Below are positions 47,053-58,873 of a stretch of DNA of 64,000 nucleotides, piece after piece; the first letter of the stretch is position 1; the number at the start of each line of letters is the position of its first letter. The stretch is taken from positions 1,248,001-1,312,000 of the forward strand of contig JBGAHS010000001.1 of assembly GCA_044226015.1 (NCBI GenBank), written 5' to 3'. Under the pieces are notes generated by a model that saw only the letters and a program-made list of their open reading frames with translations, was not told where the DNA came from and ran no database searches. This DNA comes from Candidatus Obscuribacteraceae bacterium. Its GTDB lineage: Bacteria; Cyanobacteriota; Vampirovibrionia; Obscuribacterales; Obscuribacteraceae. The translations under genes were made by a program, and so were the position numbers.

Positions 47053-49200
47053 TTATTGACCCGGTGGAGGTGCCGATTGGGGTTGGGTCTGTTGCATCAT
47101 ATTCGGTGCAGCCGGAGGTGCACCAGGTTCGGGGGCTCCCTGAAAATCAGGTGCTGGCTGCGGAACCGGAGTGGCTCCTGGGCTTGCTTCTGGATTCTCT
47201 TCGCCGCTGTTTGGCTGCAATGGTACAAGTTTTGGAATGCCCGGACCGAGTGTGTCAGGGGTGTCACCACTCTTTTCGCCATCAGCGCTTCGGACTGCTC
47301 TGGGCGTCGGGTCCATGAAGGTGCCAGCAGGCGTTGGGTGCGATTTGTAATAAGCTTCCATGAACTGGCGCCAGATTTTCGCCATTACAGTCCCGCCAGT
47401 CACGTTGTGACCCGGTATGGGTTCGTTCTCGTCGTTTCCTCCCCAGACTACAGTTACTGTGTCTGGTGTGAAGCCCGAGAACCAAATGTCTTTTCCAGCA
47501 TCAGCAGTTCCTGTTTTACCTGCTACTGCGCGGTCAGCTAGCTTGGCTTGTGTCGCGGTTCCTACTCTTACGACGTCCTGGAGAATGCTGACCAATTCGG
47601 CTACAGCCTCTGACTCAAACGCCTTGTCGTAGCGTGATTCGAATGATTCGATTACTTGTCCTCTGGTATTCTCAATTTTTCGAATGACCTGAGGATGCAC
47701 CGCGATGCCACCACGAGCAAACGTTGAATAGGCGCCCGCTAGTTCAAGAGGTGAGACCGCTGAGCTGCCCAGAGCAAGCGAAAGATTCGGGTCGAGTTTG
47801 GAAGTTATGCCCGCCAATCTTGCTGTTTCAATTACGCTCTGTATGCCTACCGCCTGAGCGATTTTCACTGATGGAACGTTGCGCGATAGAGTTAGTGCTC
47901 GTCTTAGAGTGATTCTTCCCATAAATCTATGGTCGAAATTTTTCGGCTGCCAGAGTGGAAGTCCCCAGCCCTGTTTGATTGAGAATGGTGAGTCGTCGAT
48001 TGTGCTATCAGGCGTAAACATTCTCTTCTGGAATGCAGTTAAATACACAAACGGTTTGAAGCATGAGCCAGCTGTGTGTGGATTGGTCGCACGGTTCCAC
48101 TGGTTTTTCCAGTAGTTGCCGACACCACCTACGATGGCAACTACTGCGCAATCTTTGACTTGAATGCAGACTAACGCACCTTGCGTCACACCTTTGGGTG
48201 CCTTTGAGATGCCTTCGTTGAGCATCTTTTCGCCGAGTTCTTGAATGCCCGGGTCCAGGTTTGTGAAGACCCTCAAGCCCTGCTTTCTCAGTTCTGCCTG
48301 GCTAAATCTGCCTCTAAGCTGATCAAGAACATAACTTACATAATAAGGATACTTTTGCAGCGGATTGACGCCCTTCTTGAAAGCAAGCTTTTCTTTCATT
48401 GCGGCGTCAGCTTGTCCCTTTGTTATGTAGCCGTAGTCCACCATCTTGTTGATGATTTCATGCTGACGGTCGATCGCTGCCTTTCTGTTCTGTGGGTCTG
48501 CCAGCACCGATGGTGCCTGCACCAGACCTGCAAGATATGCTGATTGCGCCAGCGTGAGAGCGGCTGCCGAGCGATCAAAATAGCGAACTGCAGCGCGTTC
48601 GATGCCGTAGGCGCCGTTCCCGAAATAGACCTGGTTGAGGTACATTTCAAGGATTTTGTCTTTTGAATAGCGTTGCTCGATTTCAGCTGAAATGAATACT
48701 TCTTTGACTTTACGTCCCATTAGACGGCTTGTTTTCTCTTCATCGAAGAAGAGATTTTTCACAAGCTGCATGGTGATGGTTGAGCCACCTTCAACAACGT
48801 GCCCTGCTTGCATATTGACTAAAAATGCGCGCGCAAAACTCGTTGGGTTGAAGCCATGGTGCTCATAAAAATGGTGGTCTTCTGCAGCCAGCATTGCTTG
48901 CTGCATTTGTGGCGCCACCTGCGTAAGTGAAACTACTCTTCTGTCTTCGTCACCTTCTACGGTGCAGACAAGTTTGTCGTTGCGGTCGAAGACCTGAATT
49001 GCTTCAATCGGTTCATAACGTTCCAATATTGAAATATCAGGCAGGTCTTTGAGCTGTTGATAGACCATTGCGGCGCCGTAGCCTCCGCCCACCATGATCA
49101 CAAAGAAGAGCAGCAGCATCATTGTCTTTACGAAACGCCAGAAAGGACTCCGTTTTTTCGGAGTCCTCGTAACACGTTCTGGTTTGGTTCTTCTTGCCAC
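47053..49200 (-). CDS. Class A penicillin-binding protein (PBP1A family)
   Basis: AAEDHHF, GGSTITMQL, SCFK, SRN, KTG motifs. Confidence 0.95.
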   Translation of the reverse strand: MARRTKPERVTRTPKKRSPFWRFVKTMMLLLFFVIMVGGGYGAAMVYQQLKDLPDISILERYEPIEAIQVFDRNDKLVCTVEGDEDRRVVSLTQVAPQMQQAMLAAEDHHFYEHHGFNPTSFARAFLVNMQAGHVVEGGSTITMQLVKNLFFDEEKTSRLMGRKVKEVFISAEIEQRYSKDKILEMYLNQVYFGNGAYGIERAAVRYFDRSAAALTLAQSAYLAGLVQAPSVLADPQNRKAAIDRQHEIINKMVDYGYITKGQADAAMKEKLAFKKGVNPLQKYPYYVSYVLDQLRGRFSQAELRKQGLRVFTNLDPGIQELGEKMLNEGISKAPKGVTQGALVCIQVKDCAVVAIVGGVGNYWKNQWNRATNPHTAGSCFKPFVYLTAFQKRMFTPDSTIDDSPFSIKQGWGLPLWQPKNFDHRFMGRITLRRALTLSRNVPSVKIAQAVGIQSVIETARLAGITSKLDPNLSLALGSSAVSPLELAGAYSTFARGGIAVHPQVIRKIENTRGQVIESFESRYDKAFESEAVAELVSILQDVVRVGTATQAKLADRAVAGKTGTADAGKDIWFSGFTPDTVTVVWGGNDENEPIPGHNVTGGTVMAKIWRQFMEAYYKSHPTPAGTFMDPTPRAVRSADGEKSGDTPDTLGPGIPKLVPLQPNSGEENPEASPGATPVPQPAPDFQGAPEPGAPPAAPNMMQQTQPQSAPPPGQ

Positions 49201-49302
49201 GTCTCTGCTCTTTTAAGTGCGCAACTGACCTGAGGTCGAATTCATAAATGAACTGTTGGTACTTATAATATCTTGACGAGGCTCATTATATCCTAAGCGG
49301 CA

Positions 49303-50274
49303 TTAAGCACGCGGATGGCTAGAGAGGTAGATTCTCCGCAATCTTTCCAGGCTTACATGAGTGTAAATCTGTGTTGTGCTTATGCTTGAGTGACCTAGAA
49401 GGTCTTGCACTACTCTTAAGTCGGCTCCGCCTTCAAGTAAATGAGTTGCGAAACTGTGTCTCAAGGTGTGCGGCGTGATTAGCTTTGTCAGTCCAGCAAG
49501 ACGAGCATACTTCAACACGATGCGGTGAACCGAGCGAGTTGAGAGTGGTGTCGCCTGACGGCTAACGAAAAGCGGTTCTTCTGGTGCCGGGTTTGGTGCA
49601 TCGGGAGCAATGCTGGTTTTCTCTGCCAGAGCTCTTGCGTCCAGATAGCGTTTAAGGCAATCTGTAGCACCCTGATTGAGAAGCACAACGCGCTCTCTGG
49701 AACCCTTGCCCAGAACTCGCATTTCCATGCTTTCCAGGTTGAGGTCACCAACGCGAGCCGCACTGAGTTCGCTTACACGCATGCCAGTGGCATACAGCGT
49801 TTCCAGAATTGCTCGGTCACGCAGACGGCTGAGTGATTCCGCTGTTTCGTCGCCTTGCGGTATTTGTGTCGCATCGAAAAGCTTTTGGATTTCGTCGCGA
49901 TCAAGACAGGAAGGCAATCTTCTAGATAATTTTGGTCCACGAACAAGCTTCGAAGGATCTTCTTCGATGAGCTGCTCGCGGCGCAAGTATCTGCAAAAGC
50001 TACGTATCGCAGATACCTTTCGCACAACAGTTTGTCGGCTGTAGCGATCTTGAATAGATTGAATATAGTCCTTGAGCTTCTCGGCCTCCAGAGTACCAGG
50101 GGTTTTGATTCCCTCGTTGCTGGGTGGTCCGGGAAGTTCTCCTTCAATCAGTTGCTTTAGGTCGTTTACATACGCCCGAATCGTGTTTGCGGAATAATTC
50201 CGCTCGAATTCAAGATATTGGGCGAATTGGTCGAGCCATTGCTGGGGAATTTGTTGAACCTGGGGAGTGTCCAA
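49303..50274 (-). CDS. xerC: Tyrosine recombinase XerC/XerD
   Basis: YSANTIRAY, TGMRVSE, HTLRHSFATHLL, LLGHSSISTTQIYTH. Confidence 0.88.
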   Translation of the reverse strand: MDTPQVQQIPQQWLDQFAQYLEFERNYSANTIRAYVNDLKQLIEGELPGPPSNEGIKTPGTLEAEKLKDYIQSIQDRYSRQTVVRKVSAIRSFCRYLRREQLIEEDPSKLVRGPKLSRRLPSCLDRDEIQKLFDATQIPQGDETAESLSRLRDRAILETLYATGMRVSELSAARVGDLNLESMEMRVLGKGSRERVVLLNQGATDCLKRYLDARALAEKTSIAPDAPNPAPEEPLFVSRQATPLSTRSVHRIVLKYARLAGLTKLITPHTLRHSFATHLLEGGADLRVVQDLLGHSSISTTQIYTHVSLERLRRIYLSSHPRA

Positions 50275-50442
50275 GAGATGACGCTTTCTAGGCCTTTTCG
50301 GCGTGTCGAGTCAAGATCATTATAAAGTGCTTAAATGCTTTGTAAAGTAGAATTCGCAAGAAAGTTTCTGATATTCGAATGATTATCACCCCTTGGCATT
50401 GGGAATATTAAGGGTGGCAGTGCTTATGGGGATTCCGTCAAA

Positions 50443-50865
50443 ATGGTTACGGAGCAAGAAAGAGAAGAGCTGGGACGCTTAACAAATCAAAAGATGAAGG
50501 CGTACTCGCATCAGCAGCCTGAAGAGCTGCATGGCAACCCTGGGCGAATGACAATTCAAAATATTGAGAGTCTGAAGCATTCTCAGAAAAAGCGAGATAC
50601 GCAAGAAGCAAAGGTGAAGTTGCTTTTGGATCGAATGATGCTTTCGGTCACTACAAGCATTTCTTCGCTGTTTTCTTTGCCTGGAACCCGCGGCAAAGAA
50701 AATCGGTGTGAAGTCTATGGTCACAACCTTCCCTTGGGATCGAAGTGGTCAGGACCCTATCCGAAATGCCACGACTGTGGCGTCAAAATTACGGATTCAT
50801 CGCAGTTGCGAGGTTCTTTGCCCAAAGCAGAGCGGGAGCGATTCCGCGGTTACAGCGAAAAGTAG
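50443..50865 (+). CDS. Hypothetical protein with a C-terminal Cys/His zinc-binding motif
   Basis: CEVYGH...CHDCG. Confidence 0.65.
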   Translation: MVTEQEREELGRLTNQKMKAYSHQQPEELHGNPGRMTIQNIESLKHSQKKRDTQEAKVKLLLDRMMLSVTTSISSLFSLPGTRGKENRCEVYGHNLPLGSKWSGPYPKCHDCGVKITDSSQLRGSLPKAERERFRGYSEK

Positions 50866-50880
50866 GAACCGAATCAGGTG

Positions 50881-51066
50881 AAAGCCGTAGCTGCTAAAAA
50901 CCGTAGGTGGCAACCTGTAGCTGACAAAAGCCGTAGCTGACAAAAACCGTAGCTGACAAAAACCGTGACTTGTTAAAACCGTTTCTGATAAAAACCGTGA
51001 CTTGTTATAACCGTAGCTGGCAAAAAATGGAGCTGACAAAAACCGTAACTTGTTAAAACCGTATCT
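50881..51066. repeat. About 11 degenerate tandem 16-bp repeats (AAAAACCGTAGCTGAC)
   Basis: Direct reading; period is 16 bp. Confidence 0.85.
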
Positions 51067-51167
51067 GGTGTCATTGGTTTGTTGACAATTCTCTTGTTTG
51101 GGAATCGTCGAGCTGAAAAAGAGTTAACTCCGATTCAAAACTGGACGATGCAAATTTTTAAGGCTGG

Positions 51168-51198
51168 AGAGGGTGGTGTCATATAGGCACCACCCTCT
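51168..51198. terminator. Hairpin between convergent genes
   Basis: AGAGGGTGGTG...CACCACCCTCT. Confidence 0.6.
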
Positions 51199-51242
51199 GG
51201 GTTTTCATGTGAATAGCTGCGATCCAAAATTCGCACTTGCAG

Positions 51243-51932
51243 TTAGTTCTTATCGGGAGTTTTCGCAGGCTGTTTTTCCGAAGCTCCCTCCACTGTGGCT
51301 TCCGGAGTCTTCCCTGCGGTTAGCACACAAGTTTTGAGAAACTGTAAAAACGACTCTTCTGCCTTTGGGAATTCGCTTGCAGGTCCCATGATGAAAAAGA
51401 TCCACATGGCTTTCTGGACTTTACTGGAGACTGCTAAGCCCTTAAATTCCCTATCCTTCATGATGCCAGAGAATCTCTTGCCGTTCTTAGTTTCTTTTCC
51501 AACTGAAATCTTCAAATCCGTTTCAGCATAATTAGTAAACGCTCCCTTCCACGTATCCAGCGTGTTTCTTACCGCTACCAGTTCGAGTTCAGGCTGTGGG
51601 TCTGGAGAGAGATTGTCGTCTGGCAAAATGGTTGCGGTCATGAGGGGACCTTTGCCCGTTGACGAAGGTTTTCCTTCAAAGGCATACATCATTCCTGGTG
51701 AGCCAGGGTTCGGCATCTCACGTAGAGTGCTGCCCGCTGGTGCTGTGAATTCAAAATCATATTGCTTAAAAACTAGCTTTTGACGCTCACTACTCAGTGG
51801 TGTCGGGACTGCTTTCTTGAAAGCCTCCGCTCCATCTTTCTCAACTGCTGCATCTTCTTCCGGCGTAGCTGCGAACGCACTGGGGAGAAGCATGAGCATT
51901 GAAACGAGCAGTGAAGTAAAAGGTTTAGGCAT
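51243..51932 (-). CDS. Exported hypothetical protein
   Basis: Signal peptide ending in AFA; 229 aa. Confidence 0.75.
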   Translation of the reverse strand: MPKPFTSLLVSMLMLLPSAFAATPEEDAAVEKDGAEAFKKAVPTPLSSERQKLVFKQYDFEFTAPAGSTLREMPNPGSPGMMYAFEGKPSSTGKGPLMTATILPDDNLSPDPQPELELVAVRNTLDTWKGAFTNYAETDLKISVGKETKNGKRFSGIMKDREFKGLAVSSKVQKAMWIFFIMGPASEFPKAEESFLQFLKTCVLTAGKTPEATVEGASEKQPAKTPDKN

Positions 51933-52242
51933 GATTCACCATGTTTTGCGCTGGAAGTTAGAAGGAGCTTGCTGCTTGCTCTGTAGGTTTTCTTTTGCCG
52001 TAGATCATACACTGCAAAAGGTGTTGGAGGTCCACATCTTGCAGCTTACTGCTGTGCCTCGGCGGAGTTTCTCTTTTGCAACTCATTGAACTTGCAATGG
52101 AGATTCTATGCGAAGATTCAATTGGCTCGACTTGTAAAGTGAACCCTCTCTGAAGTCTCTGTTTACGACTGTGAACTGAAGCAAGCAAATGAAGTTTCCA
52201 ACTGAAAACAAATTCTTGTTGGAAGGCATAATAGTATGTGAT

Positions 52243-52341
52243 GGGGATGGAGCATCGCTGGTGTGGTGCACGGTCTTCAAAATCGTTGTGGGGCAGGTAA
52301 GAGCTGTCCTTGGTAGGTTCGATTCCTACGCGTCCCCGCCA
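52243..52341 (+). tRNA. selC: tRNA-Sec (anticodon TCA)
   Basis: Long D stem with TGGT loop, anticodon loop CTTCAAA, long variable arm, GTAGG-TTCGATT-CCTAC T arm, encoded GCCA end. Confidence 0.92.
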
Positions 52342-52444
52342 TCTTATTCAACCTTGTTTTGAATCCTCTTGGACAGCCCGACTAGCTTTCGGATAGTGTC
52401 AATGTCGCTGTGCGCCTGACTTCTTCAAGCTGCTTGATTCAAAT

Positions 52445-52960
52445 TTCAATCGATACCGACTAATTCAATTTCGATCTTCAACCGATACCGACTAATTCAA
52501 TTTCGATCTTCAACCGATACCGGTTGGGTTTTTGAAAGAGATGGGAAGAACCTGTTGATATCCGGTTGCCAACTGGGCTGTAGCTGCTGCTCCTGACCTC
52601 AATCCGTTTCCGATCTTCAACCGATACCGGTTGGGTTTTTGAAAGAGATGAGAAGAACCTGTTGATATCCGGTTGTCAATTAGAGCTTTGGCTGCTGCTC
52701 CTGACCTCAATCCGTTTCCGATCTTCAACCGATACCGGTTGGTTTTTTGAAAGAGATGGGAAGAACTTGTTGATATCTGGTTGCCAACTGGGGCTCTAGC
52801 TGTTGCTTTTGACCTCAATGCGTTTTCGATCTTCAACCGATACCGGTTGGGTTTTTGAAAGAGATGGGAAGAACCTGTTGATATCTTGTTGCCAACAGGC
52901 TGCGCCTCGTGCGTTTGGTCAAAATTCGTTTTCGATCTTCAAGCGATACCGCTTGCGTTT
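52445..52960. repeat. Four ~108-bp tandem repeats plus a partial fifth, preceded by short 32-bp repeats
   Basis: CGATCTTCAA starts at 52504, 52611, 52719, 52827 and 52933. Confidence 0.9.
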
Positions 52961-53317
52961 TTTATGAGGAAACTCCACCTTGTTCATTCTATGAAGTGCG
53001 AAACGGCGCGAGCTAATCCTACAGACAGTCGACAGCTGCCTTTGACATCGCGGTATTGGTGAAGCGCCGCTCAGGAAGCTAGAGTCAATACGTTAAGACT
53101 ATAAAGCTGTGTGAGCGGATTTTAAGCGAAAAGCTGCCTAGTAATAATGCGGTTTTGCGAACGATTATTAAAATTTCATGCTGCGATGCGGCAATATTGC
53201 CCCCAATATCTGAAGATTTGATTATTGACAATAGTTTGAAGTGATACGATAGACAACCATTCTTTAAATATAGAATGAGCTCACTTGCAGGCAAGAAGCA
53301 TATTTTCGAGGTAGTCA

Positions 53318-56300
53318 ATGGCTCTACAAGTTCCTGACCGCGTCAGTCTTTACGGCGTTGGTAATTCACGCTTTGCCAACCTTCCCGATCTCGCGGAAAT
53401 TCAGAAGGCGTCCTTTCAATGGTTCAAAAACGAAGGTCTAGGCGAAGAACTTCGTGCGTTCAGTCCAATCAAGGACTACACAGGAAGGCTTGAATTGCAC
53501 TTCTTGTCTAGTTACACCTTCGAGGACCACACGGAACCGAATAAGCCCAAGACGCCAGAGGAAGCTCGCGCATTAGACGCAAGCTATACGAAGAAGCTTC
53601 GCATCCAGATGCGTCTGGTTAACCGTGAACTCGGCGAAATCAAAGAGCAAGAAATTTATGTCGGTGATATTCCAATCATGACCGACCGCGGTACCTTCAT
53701 CATCAACGGTGCAGAGCGCGTTATCGTTTCGCAGATTGTTAGAAGCCCAGGCATCTACTACAAGCGCGAAGTTGACACCAACGGTAAACGTACTTTCAGT
53801 GCAACCTTGATTCCAAACCGTGGAGCATGGTTGAAGTTTGAAACTGACGTTAACGACGTTATTTACGTCAAAATCGACAAGAACCGTAAACTTCTTGCGA
53901 CAACTTTGATTCGCGCTCTTGGTTACAGCGATCTTGAAATGGAAACTTTGTTCCGCCACAAAGACTTCCTCAAGAAGACGCTTGATAAAGACACAACCAA
54001 GACTCGTGAAGAAGCATTGATCGAAGTCTACCGTAAGCTACGTCCTGGCGACCCGCCGTCAGTAGCCGGTGGACAATCTATTCTTGAAAGCAGATTCTTC
54101 GATGACAAGAGATACGACCTCGGCAAAGTTGGTCGCTATAAATTGAATAAGAAGTTGGCGTTGTCAGTTCCAGAAGCCAAGAGAACTCTGGGGCGTGAAG
54201 ATATCGTCGCTGCTGTTGACTACTTAATCGCATTGCACTACGACGAAGGTCAAGTTGATGACATCGACCACCTCGGAAATCGTCGTATTAGATCAGTAGG
54301 CGAATTGCTTCAAAACCAATTCCGCATCGGTCTATCTCGTTTGGAAAGAATCGTCAAAGAAAGAATGACATTGCAAGATGCAGATTCTTTGACACCGGCG
54401 AACTTGCTCAACACCAAGCCATTGGTTGCAGCGATTCGTGAATTCTTCGGTTCATCTCAGTTGTCTCAGTTCATGGACCAGACAAATCCTCTGGCAGAAT
54501 TGACGCACAAAAGAAGAATCTCCGCATTGGGTCCTGGTGGTTTGTCGAGAGAACGTGCTGGATTCGCCGTCCGCGACATTCACCCAAGCCACTACGGAAG
54601 AATTTGTCCGGTAGAAACTCCTGAAGGACCTAACGCAGGTCTTATCGGTTCGCTCGCTACACACGCTCGTGTAAATGAGTACGGATTCATTGAAACTCCA
54701 TATCACCAGGTCAAGAACGGTAATTTGACTCAAGAAGTTGTTTACCTGACCGCTGATGAAGAGGATCGCTACCGTGTTGCTCCTGGTGACGTGCCAGTAG
54801 ACGATAAAGGTAACTTCCTTATCGAAATGATTCCGGTTCGTTATAAAGCGGACTTCTTAACTACACATCCAGAACAAGTTGACTATGTTGGCGTAAGCCC
54901 AATTCAGATCATAAGTGTCGGAACCGCACTCATTCCTTTTATAGAACATGACGATGCTAACCGCGCACTGATGGGATCAAACATGCAACGTCAGGCTGTA
55001 CCACTGGTGCAGACTGAGCGCGCCTTGGTCACAACCGGAATTGAGAAGCACGCAGCGCGCGACTCAGGGATGGTTGTTTTGTCTGATGTCGAAGGTAAGG
55101 TCGAATACATTTCGGCTACCGAAATTCGCATTCGTACAAAAGATCGTCTGGCTAAGTACAAACTGGCTAAGTTCCAGCGTTCTAACCAGGACACTTGCTT
55201 GAACCAGCGTCCGCTAGTCAGACCTGGCGACGATGTTAAACCTGGTCAGATTATCGCTGACGGTGCTGCCACCAATGGTGGTGAACTTGCTGTAGGCCGT
55301 AACTTGCTTGTGGCGTTCATGCCATGGGAAGGCTACAACTTTGAGGATGCTATCCTCATCAGCCAGCGCCTTGTATATGACGATGTGATGACATCGATTC
55401 ACATTGAAAAATTGGAAATCGATGCTCGTTCGACCAAGTTGGGTCCTGAAGAAATCACTCGTGAAGTTCCAAACGTGTCTGAAGAATCGCTGCGTCACCT
55501 CGACGAAAGCGGCATCGTACGCGTAGGCTCACGTGTTTATCCAGATGACATTCTGGTCGGTAAGATTACTCCTAAAGGTGAATCTGAGCATCCGCCAGAA
55601 GAAAAATTGCTTCGCGCAATCTTCGGTGAAAAAGCACGTGACGTTCGCGACAACTCACTTCGTGTTCCACACGGTGAAGGCGGACGCGTCGTTGACGTTA
55701 AAGTATTCGATCGTGAAAAAGGCGACGAATTGCCACCAGTCGCTAACAAGGTTGTACGTGTCTACATCGCGCAGAAGCGTAAGATCTCTGTTGGAGACAA
55801 GGTTGCAGGACGCCACGGCAACAAGGGTATCGTAGCGAAGATTCTTCCAGTCGAAGATATGCCGTTCTGTCCAGATGGAACGCCAGTCGACATCGTGTTG
55901 AATCCACTGGGCGTACCTAGCCGTATGAACGTCGGACAAACATATGAAACCTTGCTGGGTCTTGCAGCCTACCTGACAGGACACAGATATGAAGTGCCAC
56001 CATTCGATGAAATGTTTGAACCAGAAGCATCCAATGCTCTTGTTCACCGTGAGATTCAGAGTGGCAAAGATGACTCCGGTTGGGAATGGGTTGGAAACGA
56101 CGGAAAGATCAAGATGTCCGATGGACGTACTGGTGATTTCTTCGACAACGCAGTTACCGTTGGAAAAATCTACATGATGAAACTCGTTCACCTTGTGGAC
56201 GACAAGATTCACGCACGTTCAACTGGACCGTACTCACTTGTTACCCAGCAGCCGTTGGGCGGTAAGGCGCAGTTCGGTGGACAGCGTCTGGGAGAGATGG

Positions 56301-56836
56301 AGTGTTGGGCACTCGAAGCGTTCGGCGCAGCATATTCATTGCAAGAAATGCTCACCATCAAGTCAGACGATGTGAACGGTCGTTCGAAAGCTTACGAAGC
56401 AATCGTTAAGGGCGAAAACTTGAAGAGACCAGGTATTCCTGAGTCATTCAAAGTTCTCGTACGAGAATTGCAATCGATCGGACTCGACGTATCTGTCGCG
56501 AAGAGAACCAAGGAAGGTGAGGTTGAAGTCGACCTCATGGCTGAGGTTGAAGAACCGAAACAACGCGGTCATAAGCGTGTTGGCGGCTTCGACATCGGAC
56601 TCGAAACTGCAATCGGTGAACTCACCGGTGGTGGTGGCGGTGTCTCCGCTGCGGTTGCTCTGAGCGAACGTGATGATATGCATGAAGATGAGGGTGACGT
56701 TGCTGACTCTGATACAGAGACGGAGACTGAAACCACTACCGCAAGAGACACAGTTGATTCTGCGGAATCAGTTGACTCTGACGAGTTCATGGACGATGCA
56801 GCCATCGACGATGAAGAGCCAAACATGGACATCTAG
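53318..56836 (+). CDS. rpoB: RNA polymerase beta subunit
   Basis: [35 protein letters not shown]; acidic C-terminal tail. Confidence 0.99.
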   Translation: MALQVPDRVSLYGVGNSRFANLPDLAEIQKASFQWFKNEGLGEELRAFSPIKDYTGRLELHFLSSYTFEDHTEPNKPKTPEEARALDASYTKKLRIQMRLVNRELGEIKEQEIYVGDIPIMTDRGTFIINGAERVIVSQIVRSPGIYYKREVDTNGKRTFSATLIPNRGAWLKFETDVNDVIYVKIDKNRKLLATTLIRALGYSDLEMETLFRHKDFLKKTLDKDTTKTREEALIEVYRKLRPGDPPSVAGGQSILESRFFDDKRYDLGKVGRYKLNKKLALSVPEAKRTLGREDIVAAVDYLIALHYDEGQVDDIDHLGNRRIRSVGELLQNQFRIGLSRLERIVKERMTLQDADSLTPANLLNTKPLVAAIREFFGSSQLSQFMDQTNPLAELTHKRRISALGPGGLSRERAGFAVRDIHPSHYGRICPVETPEGPNAGLIGSLATHARVNEYGFIETPYHQVKNGNLTQEVVYLTADEEDRYRVAPGDVPVDDKGNFLIEMIPVRYKADFLTTHPEQVDYVGVSPIQIISVGTALIPFIEHDDANRALMGSNMQRQAVPLVQTERALVTTGIEKHAARDSGMVVLSDVEGKVEYISATEIRIRTKDRLAKYKLAKFQRSNQDTCLNQRPLVRPGDDVKPGQIIADGAATNGGELAVGRNLLVAFMPWEGYNFEDAILISQRLVYDDVMTSIHIEKLEIDARSTKLGPEEITREVPNVSEESLRHLDESGIVRVGSRVYPDDILVGKITPKGESEHPPEEKLLRAIFGEKARDVRDNSLRVPHGEGGRVVDVKVFDREKGDELPPVANKVVRVYIAQKRKISVGDKVAGRHGNKGIVAKILPVEDMPFCPDGTPVDIVLNPLGVPSRMNVGQTYETLLGLAAYLTGHRYEVPPFDEMFEPEASNALVHREIQSGKDDSGWEWVGNDGKIKMSDGRTGDFFDNAVTVGKIYMMKLVHLVDDKIHARSTGPYSLVTQQPLGGKAQFGGQRLGEMECWALEAFGAAYSLQEMLTIKSDDVNGRSKAYEAIVKGENLKRPGIPESFKVLVRELQSIGLDVSVAKRTKEGEVEVDLMAEVEEPKQRGHKRVGGFDIGLETAIGELTGGGGGVSAAVALSERDDMHEDEGDVADSDTETETETTTARDTVDSAESVDSDEFMDDAAIDDEEPNMDI

Positions 56837-56865
56837 TCCATTCAAGTTTTAGAGTCGGGCGATGA

Positions 56866-58779
<1,914 letters not shown>

Positions 58780-58786
58780 GCGTCGA

Positions 58787-58815
58787 AAGGAAGCGGTGAT
58801 GCTCGCCGCTTCCTT
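58787..58815 (+). other. Intergenic hairpin between rpoC1 and rpoC2
   Basis: AAGGAAGCGGTGA-TGC-TCGCCGCTTCCTT. Confidence 0.55.
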
Positions 58816-58873
58816 CAACTAAGTTTTAATGGCATCGAATCAAACGTAACTTAAGTAAATTACTGAGGAAGCT

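Noticed and set aside
52510..52836. 108-aa repeat protein
   Set aside because: It is a translation of the DNA tandem repeat, and the frame breaks between units.
50881..52960. CRISPR arrays
   Set aside because: Both repeat tracts lack unique spacers and there are no cas genes. The 18-bp RHS sites are kilobases apart.
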